DNA of 64,000 nt, taken from NCBI GenBank assembly GCA_963825595.1, contig CAWGUE010000001.1, forward strand, positions 70,584-134,583, in the 5' to 3' direction. Positions 8,406-17,281 of the stretch are shown here, in pieces; position 1 is the stretch's first letter; each line of letters starts with the position of its first letter. The notes beneath the pieces are model-generated. The model saw nothing but the letters and a program-made list of their open reading frames with translations. It made no database searches and was not told where the DNA came from. This DNA comes from an uncultured delta proteobacterium (lineage in GTDB: Bacteria; Desulfobacterota; Desulfobacteria; Desulfobacterales; SG8-13). Both the position numbers and the translations under genes were made by a program.

Positions 8406-9713
8406 TTAGGTGGCGGTTGCGATCTCTTTGATCGGCGCATAGCGGTGTAAAACGCCAAAAAGAACCAGGGACAGAACGCCCAGAACGAGAAACACCATAA
8501 AACCCTGGCCGTACCCGGCCGTGCCGCTAATCTTGATAAAAAGGCCCATCAAGGGCGGAATAACGAAACCGCCGAAGGCGCCCAGTCCGCCGACGATACC
8601 GGCGGCGCCACCGACGGCCTTGGGACTGTATTTAGGCACCAGTTTGAAGACAGCAGCGTTGGCGAACCCCATGCCCAAGGCCAGGATCATCTGCCCGGTG
8701 ACCGCCAGGCTCATCGACTCGGAAGCCAGTACCATCAGCACAGCGCCGATGACCACGGCCACATAGGAACCCAGCACGATAACTTCACCGCCCAGTCCGT
8801 CCGAGGCGAATCCTCCCACGACCCGCAGCAGGCTGCAGGAGAGGGAGTAGAGTGCCGTCAGTAATCCGGCCGTTACCAGGCTGGTTGAAAACAGTTCAGA
8901 CCAGTATGTTGGCAGCCAGACGGTCAGAGCGATGAATCCCCCGAAACTGACAAAGTAAAAAAAAGTCAGGATCCAGGTGCGCCAGTCCGCACCGGCCTTC
9001 TTTATCGATTCGAGGGCTTTCCCCGAAGGAATGAGTTCTTCGCCGCAGGCAATCAGCAAAGCTTCCGGATCGATATCGAAACCCATTTGTTGATACTGAA
9101 AGTATGGGGCATCCTGCATGTAAATCACGACCAGAACAACCAGAAGGACCAGCAGTGCCAGCCAAAAGATATAAGAGGTGGTGAAGCCGAGGGTGACGAC
9201 CATCCAGGGGAGAACAATAGCAAAAAGACCCGGAGCCAGGTTTCCCATACCGGCATAAATCGCCAGCGCGCGGCCCTGTTTCTTCTGGGGAAACCAGTAG
9301 GAGACCGAGGGGATGCCGACCGAAAATACGGCGATACCACAACCGCACAGAATACCGAAGAGCAGGAAAAAGGGGTAATGAGCGGTGGTAGGCACCGGAG
9401 CGATACTAAACATCAGGGTGATACCGGCAACGCCGGCGGCGGCCAGGGTGAGTAGAATAAGGATCGGCTTTTTACCACCCATCCGGTCGACCATGGCGCC
9501 GAAGGGAATGCGCAGCAACGAACCGGTCAGGGCCGGGCAGGCGGCCAGCAGCCCCATCATAAGCGGACTCATCGCCATGGTCTGTTTCAGTTTGGCGATG
9601 ATCGGCCCGTAGGCCGATACGCCGGCAAATCCGGCAAAAAAGGCCAGGGTGATCCAGACCAGCGCCGCCGTCGGGCTCGACTTGGCATAACAGACGTTAT
9701 CATTTTCAGTCAT
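8406..9713 (-). CDS. narK: MFS nitrate/nitrite transporter NarK
   Basis: 435 aa, about 12 TM helices. GAMVDRMGGKKP motif. Immediately downstream of narI. Confidence 0.88.
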   Translation of the reverse strand: MTENDNVCYAKSSPTAALVWITLAFFAGFAGVSAYGPIIAKLKQTMAMSPLMMGLLAACPALTGSLLRIPFGAMVDRMGGKKPILILLTLAAAGVAGITLMFSIAPVPTTAHYPFFLLFGILCGCGIAVFSVGIPSVSYWFPQKKQGRALAIYAGMGNLAPGLFAIVLPWMVVTLGFTTSYIFWLALLVLLVVLVVIYMQDAPYFQYQQMGFDIDPEALLIACGEELIPSGKALESIKKAGADWRTWILTFFYFVSFGGFIALTVWLPTYWSELFSTSLVTAGLLTALYSLSCSLLRVVGGFASDGLGGEVIVLGSYVAVVIGAVLMVLASESMSLAVTGQMILALGMGFANAAVFKLVPKYSPKAVGGAAGIVGGLGAFGGFVIPPLMGLFIKISGTAGYGQGFMVFLVLGVLSLVLFGVLHRYAPIKEIATAT

Positions 9714-9775
9714 GGGGATCTTCCTCCGTGTCCGGTGTCACTAACCGGAGCACTGACATGTGTCGAACATTCATT

Positions 9776-10450
9776 TCACACGTCCTGAACCCGGCGACGG
9801 AAAACGACCGGGCTTCTGAATATGTAAAAAAACGGTGCACTCCAGATGTGGACCAGACGGCTGAACGGTGAAAAACCCAGCAGGGCGAATGCACTGAGAA
9901 TGTGAACCTTGTAGCTTAGAGGCACGCCGGCCATCAACCGGGGGTCCGGTGTAAACGTAACGATACCCCGTATCCAGGGCGCTATGGAATCCAGAAGATA
10001 ATAATGACCGAACATGACATTGAAGAGGCCCGCCCCGGTGACAAAGATAAGACCTCCCAGGATGATAAAATCACTGACGGTCGTGGTTACCTGAATACGA
10101 CGAAGCGTCAGGCGCCGCTTCAGCAAAAGGATCGATCCGGTAAATGCGGCCACCCCGACCACCAGGCCCGACCAATAGGCAAGAGCGGTGTGCGCCTGGC
10201 CGTCGATACCGACAGCGTCGAACCATGCCTGAGGAACCAGCAGTCCGCCGGCATGTCCGACAAATGTCAGCAGGATGCCCCAATGAAAAATCGTAATGCC
10301 GAAATAAGCGCTCTTTTTTTCCAGAAACTCACTCGATCTGGCATTCCAGTCAAACGGATCGACGACGTACCGGTACGCATGGCCGACCACAAATACGGCC
10401 AGGCTAAGATACGGAAAAACGAGGAAAGCCAGTGTATTTGACAGGTCCAT
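9776..10450 (-). CDS. narI: Respiratory nitrate reductase gamma subunit
   Basis: 224 aa, 5 TM, with conserved His residues (FHWGIL, RLVHIWSAP). Follows narJ. Confidence 0.93.
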   Translation of the reverse strand: MDLSNTLAFLVFPYLSLAVFVVGHAYRYVVDPFDWNARSSEFLEKKSAYFGITIFHWGILLTFVGHAGGLLVPQAWFDAVGIDGQAHTALAYWSGLVVGVAAFTGSILLLKRRLTLRRIQVTTTVSDFIILGGLIFVTGAGLFNVMFGHYYLLDSIAPWIRGIVTFTPDPRLMAGVPLSYKVHILSAFALLGFSPFSRLVHIWSAPFFYIFRSPVVFRRRVQDV

Positions 10451-10491
10451 CAGGTGCTCCTTGGTTGGGTGTCATTAGGGGTGATGTTTAC

Positions 10492-11079
10492 CTATCCCGC
10501 CGGCGGTTCGGCAACCTGCGGGTTCTTCCTGCAGTCATGGGCAGACGGAGTGACGGTTTGTACGTATTCTGCCAGCAGTTCTAACGGTACCCGATAGGGG
10601 CTATCCATTTTCAACAGTTTATCGGCAATACTGTCGGCCGCACCAAGATGGTGCCAGAGCAGATCGGCACCGTCCGCCCGCGGACACTGGGACAGGAACT
10701 CGAGCACCAGCGGCAGGTAGTCGGGCAGTTCGGCGGTTGTCCTCTCAAAGCCGGCCCGGCAGTAAACCTGGTCCAATTCCGCCAGTGTCCGGCCTCTGTC
10801 CTCGGAATCCCCCAAACTATGGTAGGTCAAATTCAGGCAGGTGGCCGGACTAATATCGAAAATCTGGGTGAAGTGCTCCTGCAGGCTGATGGGTGGCATC
10901 GCCTCGACATCGTCGAGGAAGCCCAGCAGTTTTCTCTTGGCTGGAGAGCCAACCGTATTCTCCACGGTTTCCTTCAGGGCCGTCAGCGAACCGATGAACC
11001 CGTCATCCGGGTACTGGATCAATGCGGAGAGCAGTTTCAACAGGGTCAGTGACCGATCATTTCCGTGCGTCACCATCAT
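10492..11079 (-). CDS. narJ: Nitrate reductase assembly chaperone
   Basis: 195 aa. YPD..F, LPDYLPLVLEFL. Lies between narH and narI. Confidence 0.9.
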   Translation of the reverse strand: MMVTHGNDRSLTLLKLLSALIQYPDDGFIGSLTALKETVENTVGSPAKRKLLGFLDDVEAMPPISLQEHFTQIFDISPATCLNLTYHSLGDSEDRGRTLAELDQVYCRAGFERTTAELPDYLPLVLEFLSQCPRADGADLLWHHLGAADSIADKLLKMDSPYRVPLELLAEYVQTVTPSAHDCRKNPQVAEPPAG

Positions 11080-11125
11080 TTCGCATCCTTCCCGGCATGT
11101 GCTCTAAAATGCCCGAACTTAAATG

Positions 11126-12556
11126 TTAAATGCCTTCCGGATAACCGCATCCACCCTGGTCGACGAACAGCTGTTTTTGGTCTGTGCGGTTTTTGGTCGG
11201 CAAGACAAAGCGATCCTCATATCTGGCAAGGGCCAGTAGTTCGTACATGGCGCGAGCCTTCGCTGCGGTCAACCCGACGCTCTCCAGTACAGTGTCATCC
11301 GGATTTTCTCCGATGCGATCCGAACGCATGTATGCCCGCATGGCCGCGAGGCGCTTCAACGCCAACCGCACCGGCGCTTCGTCGCCGGCAGTCAGCAGAT
11401 TGGCCAGGTAGGTCATGGGGATGCGCAGGGAATCGATGGCACCCAGCTGGTCCGACGCCGCCACGTGTTCGCTGATCGGGCTCAGCGGCGGAATGTACCA
11501 CACCATCGGCAGGGTCCTGAATTCCGGGTGCAGCGGCAGCGCCAACTGCCAATCCTTGGCCAGTTTGTAAACCGGTGACCGCCGGGCCGCTTCGAGAATG
11601 TTGGGGGAAATGCCTTGGGACGCGGCGGCTTGACAGACCTTGCCATCGTGAGGATCGAGCATGAGCCCCAAATGGGCCGGGTAGACGTCCCTTTCGGAAT
11701 CCGCCGCCGCCGCAGATATACGGTCGGCATCGTAGAGGACGACACCGATATAGCGGATGCGTCCCACACAGGTCTGGGCGCACAGGGTCGGCATTCCGGC
11801 TTCTGTCCGCGGGTAACAGAAGAGGCACTTTTCCGAACGGCCGGTGTGCCAGTTGAAGTAGACCTTTTTGTACGGGCAGCCCGACACGCAATAACGCCAC
11901 CCCCGGCATCTCTCCTGGTCCACCAAAACAATGCCGTCCTCCTCGCGCTTGTACAGGGCACCGGAGGGGCAGGAGGCGACACAGGCCGGATTGAGGCAGT
12001 GTTCGCATAGCCGGGGGAGATAGAGCATGAAGACATTTTTGAATTCCAGGTAGATTTTATAGTCCAGGGTCTTGAAGTTGACATCGCCGGATCCGGTTTC
12101 GCAGACGCCGGCCAGGTCGTCTTCCCAGTTCGGCCCCCACTTGATCCGGATGTTGTCACCGGTAATCTGGGATTTGGGCCGTGTCGACGGCTGGTGCTTC
12201 TTGCGCGGGCTGGAGATGAGTTTGTCGTAGTCGTAGGTCCAGGGTTCGTAATAGTCATCGATGGTCGGCATATCGGGGTTGTGAAATATGTTGAGCAGCT
12301 TATGGGGTCGGCCACCGGCTTTGAGCGCCAACTTCCCGTTTTTCAACTGCCATCCGCCCTTGTAGATGTCCTGGTTCTCCCACTTGCGGGGATAACCGAT
12401 ACCGGGTTTGCTTTCCACGTTGTTAAACCACATGTATTCGGCGCCCTTGCGATTGGTCCACACGTTCTTGCAGGGTATGCTGCAGGTGTGGCAACCGATA
12501 CATTTGTCTAGGTTCAACACCATTGCCATTTGCGCCTTAATCTTCATACCACTCAA
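11126..12556 (-). CDS. narH: Respiratory nitrate reductase beta subunit
   Basis: 476 aa. MVLNLDKCIGCHTCS, CEHCLNPACVASCPSGA and CRGWRYCVSGCPYKK ferredoxin motifs. The start could be the MKIKAQ Met at 12547. Confidence 0.96.
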   Translation of the reverse strand: MSGMKIKAQMAMVLNLDKCIGCHTCSIPCKNVWTNRKGAEYMWFNNVESKPGIGYPRKWENQDIYKGGWQLKNGKLALKAGGRPHKLLNIFHNPDMPTIDDYYEPWTYDYDKLISSPRKKHQPSTRPKSQITGDNIRIKWGPNWEDDLAGVCETGSGDVNFKTLDYKIYLEFKNVFMLYLPRLCEHCLNPACVASCPSGALYKREEDGIVLVDQERCRGWRYCVSGCPYKKVYFNWHTGRSEKCLFCYPRTEAGMPTLCAQTCVGRIRYIGVVLYDADRISAAAADSERDVYPAHLGLMLDPHDGKVCQAAASQGISPNILEAARRSPVYKLAKDWQLALPLHPEFRTLPMVWYIPPLSPISEHVAASDQLGAIDSLRIPMTYLANLLTAGDEAPVRLALKRLAAMRAYMRSDRIGENPDDTVLESVGLTAAKARAMYELLALARYEDRFVLPTKNRTDQKQLFVDQGGCGYPEGI

Positions 12557-15500
12557 CCTCCCCCGCTTTACGTACCACGATCACCTCGTCCCTTTGAGAA
12601 CCGACGGGACCGTAGTAGTTGAATCCGTAACTCAGCTGGGCATAGCCGCCAATCATGTGGGTCGGCTTCACCATGATGCGCGTGACGCTGTTGTGGGTCC
12701 CACCCCGCTGGCCGGACAGTTTCGAACCCGGCGTGTTGATCAGCCTCTCTTGGGCATGATACATGAATGCTTTTCCGGGCGGTATGCGGTGACTGACCAC
12801 GGCCTTGGCCATGACGACGCCGTTGACGTTGAAGCATTCCAGCCACTCGCTGTCTTTAACCCCCAGCTTGGCGGCATCGTCGTTGTTGATCCAGATCGCC
12901 TCACCGCCTCTGAACAGTGTCAGCATGATCAGGGTGTCCGAATACGTGCTGTGGATCGACCATTTGGAATGCGGGGTCAAATAGTTGAGGATCAGCTCTT
13001 TATTTTCCTCGCGATCGAGCCGGGTGGAACCCATAGCGATCATGTCCAGCGGCGGCCGATACAACGGCAGGCCTTCCCCGAAATCCCTCATCCAGGGATG
13101 GTCCTGGTAGAACTGGGCCCGACCGGTAAGGGTTCGAAAGGGAACTTTTTCCTCGATGTTGATCACAAAAGGCGAATAGCGGCGCTGCTCCGATTCGATA
13201 CCGCTCCAGACCGGTGAGGTGATGATCTTTCTGGGCTGGGCCGACAAGTCGGCGAAATCGTATTTGTCGCCCTTTCTGTCTATGCTCAGATGCTTCAGCG
13301 CCAGGCCGGTCTTCTTTTCGAGGGGTTCCCACGACTTCACCGCCGTGGCTCCGTTGGTTTCCGGCGCCAGGTTAAGGATCACCTCGGCCACCTGTTTGCC
13401 TGTCTCAAGTTGCGGCATCCCCTGGCTGACGCCAGGCGCGGTGACGACACCCAATTTCTGCTTGAGTTCGGCATACTCTTCAGCGGCCTTCCACAGTATT
13501 CCTTTGGAACCCACACCAGGGCTTTCCACCAACGGCCCCAGGGCGGTCATCATTTTGTATGTGTTGGAAAAATCACGCGTGACAACGGTCAGGGCCGGCA
13601 TGGTTTTGCCAGGGATGGCTTCGATTTCGCCCTTGCGCCAGTCCTTCACGTCCGGCTGGGCAATCTCGCCGGGACTGTCGTGAAGCAGGGGCGTGGCGAC
13701 CAGATCCTTTGCCGGGGCAAGGTGCACAGCCGCCAGCTCCGAAAACTTCTCGGCGATCGCTTTGAACTGATCCCAGTTGGTACGGGTTTCCCACGGCGGG
13801 TCGATGGCCGGGTTGAACGGATGGATGAAAGGATGCATGTCGGTGGTACTCAAGTCGTGCATTTCGTACCAACTGGCCGCCGGCAGAGCCACATCCGCGT
13901 ACATGGCGCTGGTTGACATGCGCAGCTCCAATGTCACCAGCAAATCGAGTTTGCCTTCGGGAGCCGGATCCCTCCATTCGATCTCCTCAGGCCGTTGGGA
14001 ACTGTCGGTGTTCAGGACCGCGCTCTCGACGCCGAGCAGGTGTTTGAGGAAGTATTCGTGGCCCTTACCGCTCGCGCCCAGCAGGTTGGCCCGCCAAAGA
14101 AAAAATACGCGTGGGAAATTGTCCGGATGATCGGGGTCTTCCACGGCGAAACGCATCCGACCTTTTTTCAACTGGTCCACCGCATGAGCGATGATCTCTT
14201 GATCGGTTGTCGCGCCTGCTTCGGCCGCCTCACGGCACAGGTCAATGGGGTTGCGGTTGAACTGGGGGTAAGAAGGCAGCCATCCCAAACGGGCCGCTGT
14301 CACGTTGTAATCGGCCGAATGGCGGCTTTTCCCACTGTCGGCACCGGGTGACAGGATCGAATGCACATCGAAGTTGTCATACCGCCACTGATCTGTGGCA
14401 AAGTAGTAGAACGACGTCCCGTTCTGCTGCCGGGGTGGCCGTCGCCAATCGAGTCCGAAGGCCACCTGGGACCAGGCCGCCTGGGGCCTGACTTTTTCCT
14501 GGCCGACATAATGGGCCCACCCGCCGCCGTTGACCCCCTGGCAGCCGCACAGGGTCGTCAGGTTGATGATGGCGCGGTAAATCATGTCGCTATGGAACCA
14601 GTGATTGGTCCCGGCCCCAAGGAATATCAATGACTTTCCTCTGGTTTGCTCGGCATTGCGGGCAAACTCCCGCGCCACGCGAATCGCATCCGCCCGGGGA
14701 ACACCGGTTATCGCTTCCTGCCATGCCGGTGTGTAGGGTTTCGGATCATTGTAATCGGTCGGGTAATCATCGGCTCCCGACTCTAACCCCGGCAGGATCA
14801 CACCAAGTTGCGCGGCCATCAAATCAAAAACAGTGGTCACCGCAATCTCTCCGGCGGCTGTCTGCAGCTTTTTCACCGGGACACTGCCGGTCCGAGTTCC
14901 CTTGCCTTTGACATCGAACAGGGGCAGATCGACTGGGAGCCATCCATCGTTATCTTCCGAAAAACTGAGGACTGGGTCCACATCGCTTCCATTCTCAGCG
15001 TCCTGCAGATGAAGGTTCCAGAGCCCCTCTTCACTCCAACGAAAACCGATGCTGCCGTTGGGTATGACAAAATTTTCCCGAGACGCATCAAAAATGGCCG
15101 TTTTCCACTCGGCATTGGGAATGTCTTTTCCCAGGTCGGTCGCCCTCAAAAAACGGCCGGCTGTGTATGTTTCACCGACCGGCTTAAGGACCACCGCAAA
15201 GGGCAGGTCCGTGTAGCTCTTGGCATAGGATTCGAAGTACTCAGATCTGCGGTCGACGTAGAATTCTTTCAGTATGACGTGGGTCATGGCCATGGCCAGA
15301 GCGGCATCGGTCCCCGCTTTGGCCGGAAGCCAAGTGTCGGCAAATTTCACGTATTCGGCGTAGTCGGGAGCAACCGCCGCCACCCTGGCGCCCCGGTAGC
15401 GGGCCTCTGTGAAAAAGTGGGCGTCCGGCGAACGGGTCATGGGCAGGTTCGATCCCCAGACGATCATGTAGGTCGACTCGTACCAGTCGGCGCTTTCGGG

Positions 15501-16241
15501 CACGTCCGTCTGTTCGCCCCAGATCTGGGGGGAAGCCGGCGGCAGATCGCAATACCAGTCGTAAAAGCTGATCAGCGAGCCGCCGATCAGTGACAGAAAC
15601 CGGGCCCCGGATGCGTAGCAGACCATTGACATGGCCGGGATGGGCGTGAAGCCGAAGATCCGGTCCGGCCCATACTTTTGAATGGTATGGATAAGGGATG
15701 CGGCAATCAATGTGGCCGCCTCATCCCAGGAAACCCTTACAAAACCGCCCTTGCCTCTCTCTTGTTGGTAAGATTTTCTCTTCTCCTGGTCGGTGACGAT
15801 AGAACGCCAAGCCGCGACCGGATCACTGCCGGAAGCAATGGCCGATCGCCACAAGCGCAGCAGCGACGAGCGGATAAGGGGGTATTTCAACCGCACGGGA
15901 CTATAAGTGTACCAGGAAAAAGTCGCACCGCGGGGACAGCCACGGGGTTCATGGTTCGGGAATCCGGCACCGCAGGTCGGATAGTCGGTGCGCTGGGTCT
16001 CCCAAACGATGATCCCGTTTTTGACGTACACGTCCCACGAACAGGACCCGGTGCAGTTGACCCCGTGGGTCGAGCGAACTTTTTTGTCATACTGCCATCT
16101 CTTGCGGTAGAATTCCTCCCATTCCCGCTGGCCGCAGCGGGTTTCCGCCCAATTGTCGGCGGTTTTTTCTTCTCTGCAGCCGTGCGCATCACCGCGCGGT
16201 CGGAAAAATCTCAGGGAATTCAGGAAGCTTTTTTCGGACAT
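12537..16241 (-). CDS. narG: Respiratory nitrate reductase alpha subunit
   Basis: HGVNCTGSCSW FS0 motif, YCDLPPASPQIWGEQTDVPESADWY, and a vestigial twin-arginine LRFFRPRG. I place the start at ATG 16241 (MSEKSFLNSL), which has ccggagg 7 nt upstream. The track ORF extends to 16364. Confidence 0.96.
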   Translation of the reverse strand: MSEKSFLNSLRFFRPRGDAHGCREEKTADNWAETRCGQREWEEFYRKRWQYDKKVRSTHGVNCTGSCSWDVYVKNGIIVWETQRTDYPTCGAGFPNHEPRGCPRGATFSWYTYSPVRLKYPLIRSSLLRLWRSAIASGSDPVAAWRSIVTDQEKRKSYQQERGKGGFVRVSWDEAATLIAASLIHTIQKYGPDRIFGFTPIPAMSMVCYASGARFLSLIGGSLISFYDWYCDLPPASPQIWGEQTDVPESADWYESTYMIVWGSNLPMTRSPDAHFFTEARYRGARVAAVAPDYAEYVKFADTWLPAKAGTDAALAMAMTHVILKEFYVDRRSEYFESYAKSYTDLPFAVVLKPVGETYTAGRFLRATDLGKDIPNAEWKTAIFDASRENFVIPNGSIGFRWSEEGLWNLHLQDAENGSDVDPVLSFSEDNDGWLPVDLPLFDVKGKGTRTGSVPVKKLQTAAGEIAVTTVFDLMAAQLGVILPGLESGADDYPTDYNDPKPYTPAWQEAITGVPRADAIRVAREFARNAEQTRGKSLIFLGAGTNHWFHSDMIYRAIINLTTLCGCQGVNGGGWAHYVGQEKVRPQAAWSQVAFGLDWRRPPRQQNGTSFYYFATDQWRYDNFDVHSILSPGADSGKSRHSADYNVTAARLGWLPSYPQFNRNPIDLCREAAEAGATTDQEIIAHAVDQLKKGRMRFAVEDPDHPDNFPRVFFLWRANLLGASGKGHEYFLKHLLGVESAVLNTDSSQRPEEIEWRDPAPEGKLDLLVTLELRMSTSAMYADVALPAASWYEMHDLSTTDMHPFIHPFNPAIDPPWETRTNWDQFKAIAEKFSELAAVHLAPAKDLVATPLLHDSPGEIAQPDVKDWRKGEIEAIPGKTMPALTVVTRDFSNTYKMMTALGPLVESPGVGSKGILWKAAEEYAELKQKLGVVTAPGVSQGMPQLETGKQVAEVILNLAPETNGATAVKSWEPLEKKTGLALKHLSIDRKGDKYDFADLSAQPRKIITSPVWSGIESEQRRYSPFVINIEEKVPFRTLTGRAQFYQDHPWMRDFGEGLPLYRPPLDMIAMGSTRLDREENKELILNYLTPHSKWSIHSTYSDTLIMLTLFRGGEAIWINNDDAAKLGVKDSEWLECFNVNGVVMAKAVVSHRIPPGKAFMYHAQERLINTPGSKLSGQRGGTHNSVTRIMVKPTHMIGGYAQLSYGFNYYGPVGSQRDEVIVVRKAGEVEWYED

Positions 16242-16330
16242 GGCATACCTCCGGTTTGAGCGGTCCAATGTACAAAAGAGTGAGCCGTGAAGGTGCACGA
16301 TGCTGGATCTGTTACCCACCGAACATCGCT

Positions 16331-16518
16331 TAGCTATTGTCCATCCGCGACAAGTGGATGGCATTGTAGAGTGTCCAATTCATAAATGAGAATTTTTTTC
16401 GCTGGGCAAGGCCGCACAAGGGTTTGCGGCGAGGCGTACTTATCGTACGCCGCAGCCGGAAACCCGCGGAGAACGCCGCCCAGCGGAAAAAAGGCCATTT
16501 ATGGATGGACAGTAGCTA
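16331..16518. mobile_element. MITE-like element, family D, copy 1
   Basis: Termini tagctattgtccatcc / ggatggacagtagcta are inverted repeats. The interior (aaatgagaatttttttc.ctgggcaaggccgca...ccgcagcc...atttatggatggaca) matches 35101-35301. The right end coincides with the hemerythrin stop codon. The left end is about 90 bp upstream of the narG ATG. Confidence 0.65.
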
Positions 16519-17076
16519 TTGCTTCAGATATTTTTCTTGTAATCTATCCAGCATGGCATGATACTCTTCATGGCGGCCCGGGCCGATTTCTTCCTTTTCA
16601 AGCCGTTCAAAGTCGATTTCCAGACGGGTGAGTTTCTCATCAGAAAGCTGAGCGGCGGCGATCTGGAACAACACGTTGTCTTCTTTGTCGATATGTCGGC
16701 GCAAAAGATCGATATACGCAACCGCCGATTTCTGCAAGGCGCCTGCGGCGCGATTGTCCCCGGATCGGATTTTTCCAAGAGCGCTCTGCATGCCACTCAT
16801 ATTGATGCGACCCAGATCATGTTCGGCCAGCATTACCCCGATGGGACCGCCTTCCCGGCTGACACCGATTTGCTCCAGAGCCGGGAAGAGCAGCTTTTCT
16901 TCCTTCCCGTGATGGCACAGATCCACAAAAACTTTGAAAAAGCCGAGCAACTGCTCGATGTCCAGCACCCGGTCGGCGGCCTCCGCCCCTCCGGACTTCG
17001 CAGTCGCCTCTTCGAGAATACGCAAAGCCGTCAGAACGGCCTGATGCTCTTGTTTCAATTCATCGATGGGCCCCAT
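16516..17076 (-). CDS. Hemerythrin (HHE cation-binding) domain protein, NO-stress type
   Basis: 186 aa. ELKQEH, CHHGKEE..LFP, MLAEHD, HIDKEDNVLF. Divergent from norR. Confidence 0.85.
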   Translation of the reverse strand: MGPIDELKQEHQAVLTALRILEEATAKSGGAEAADRVLDIEQLLGFFKVFVDLCHHGKEEKLLFPALEQIGVSREGGPIGVMLAEHDLGRINMSGMQSALGKIRSGDNRAAGALQKSAVAYIDLLRRHIDKEDNVLFQIAAAQLSDEKLTRLEIDFERLEKEEIGPGRHEEYHAMLDRLQEKYLKQ

Positions 17077-17170
17077 GGCCGATCTCCTTTTTCAGCAACC
17101 ATAACCATCTCATCAAGTACCCCACAAATGAATAAAAATTACCGTTTGACACTGTATATCAGCAAAAGAC

Positions 17171-17186
17171 TGCAAGCCGGATGCCA
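17171..17186 (-). promoter_or_regulatory. Sigma-54 (-24/-12) promoter for the hemerythrin gene
   Basis: The minus strand reads TGGCATCCGGCTTGCA. GG and GC are separated by exactly 10 nt, matching TGGCAC-N5-TTGCW. It lies about 95 nt upstream of the ATG at 17076. Confidence 0.7.
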
Positions 17187-17281
17187 ATATTTAAATACAT
17201 TATTTCAATGAGTTAATTATCGTCGTTGTTTTAATTATAACTATTCAATGTTGCTGTTTTAACAACTTTGTTGTAAATTGA

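Noticed and set aside
11295-15593. Long alternative-frame and antisense ORFs inside narG/narH (e.g. 11295-12008, 11482-12315, 12408-13217, 13290-13916, 14808-15593)
   Set aside because: They overlap strongly supported nar genes, are Arg/Pro/Gly-rich with low complexity, and have no recognisable motifs. These are typical GC-rich shadow ORFs.
16242-16330. Possible Moco riboswitch or FNR/NarL boxes in the narG leader
   Set aside because: I could not recognise the conserved Moco-motif helices or a TTGAT-N4-ATCAA box by eye. This needs a covariance-model scan and is not claimed.
16242-16364. N-terminal extension of the narG ORF in the track (MPSTCRGWTIAKRC...)
   Set aside because: NarG homology starts at MSEKSFLNSLRFFRPRG. 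The ATG at 16241 has a GGAGG 7 nt upstream, and the extension runs into the MITE-flanking region.
17190-17281. NorR binding sites (GT-N7-AC) upstream of the sigma-54 promoter
   Set aside because: Only one clear match (gttttaacaac near 17255) was seen in an AT-rich spacer. That is too weak to call three-site NorR enhancer architecture.
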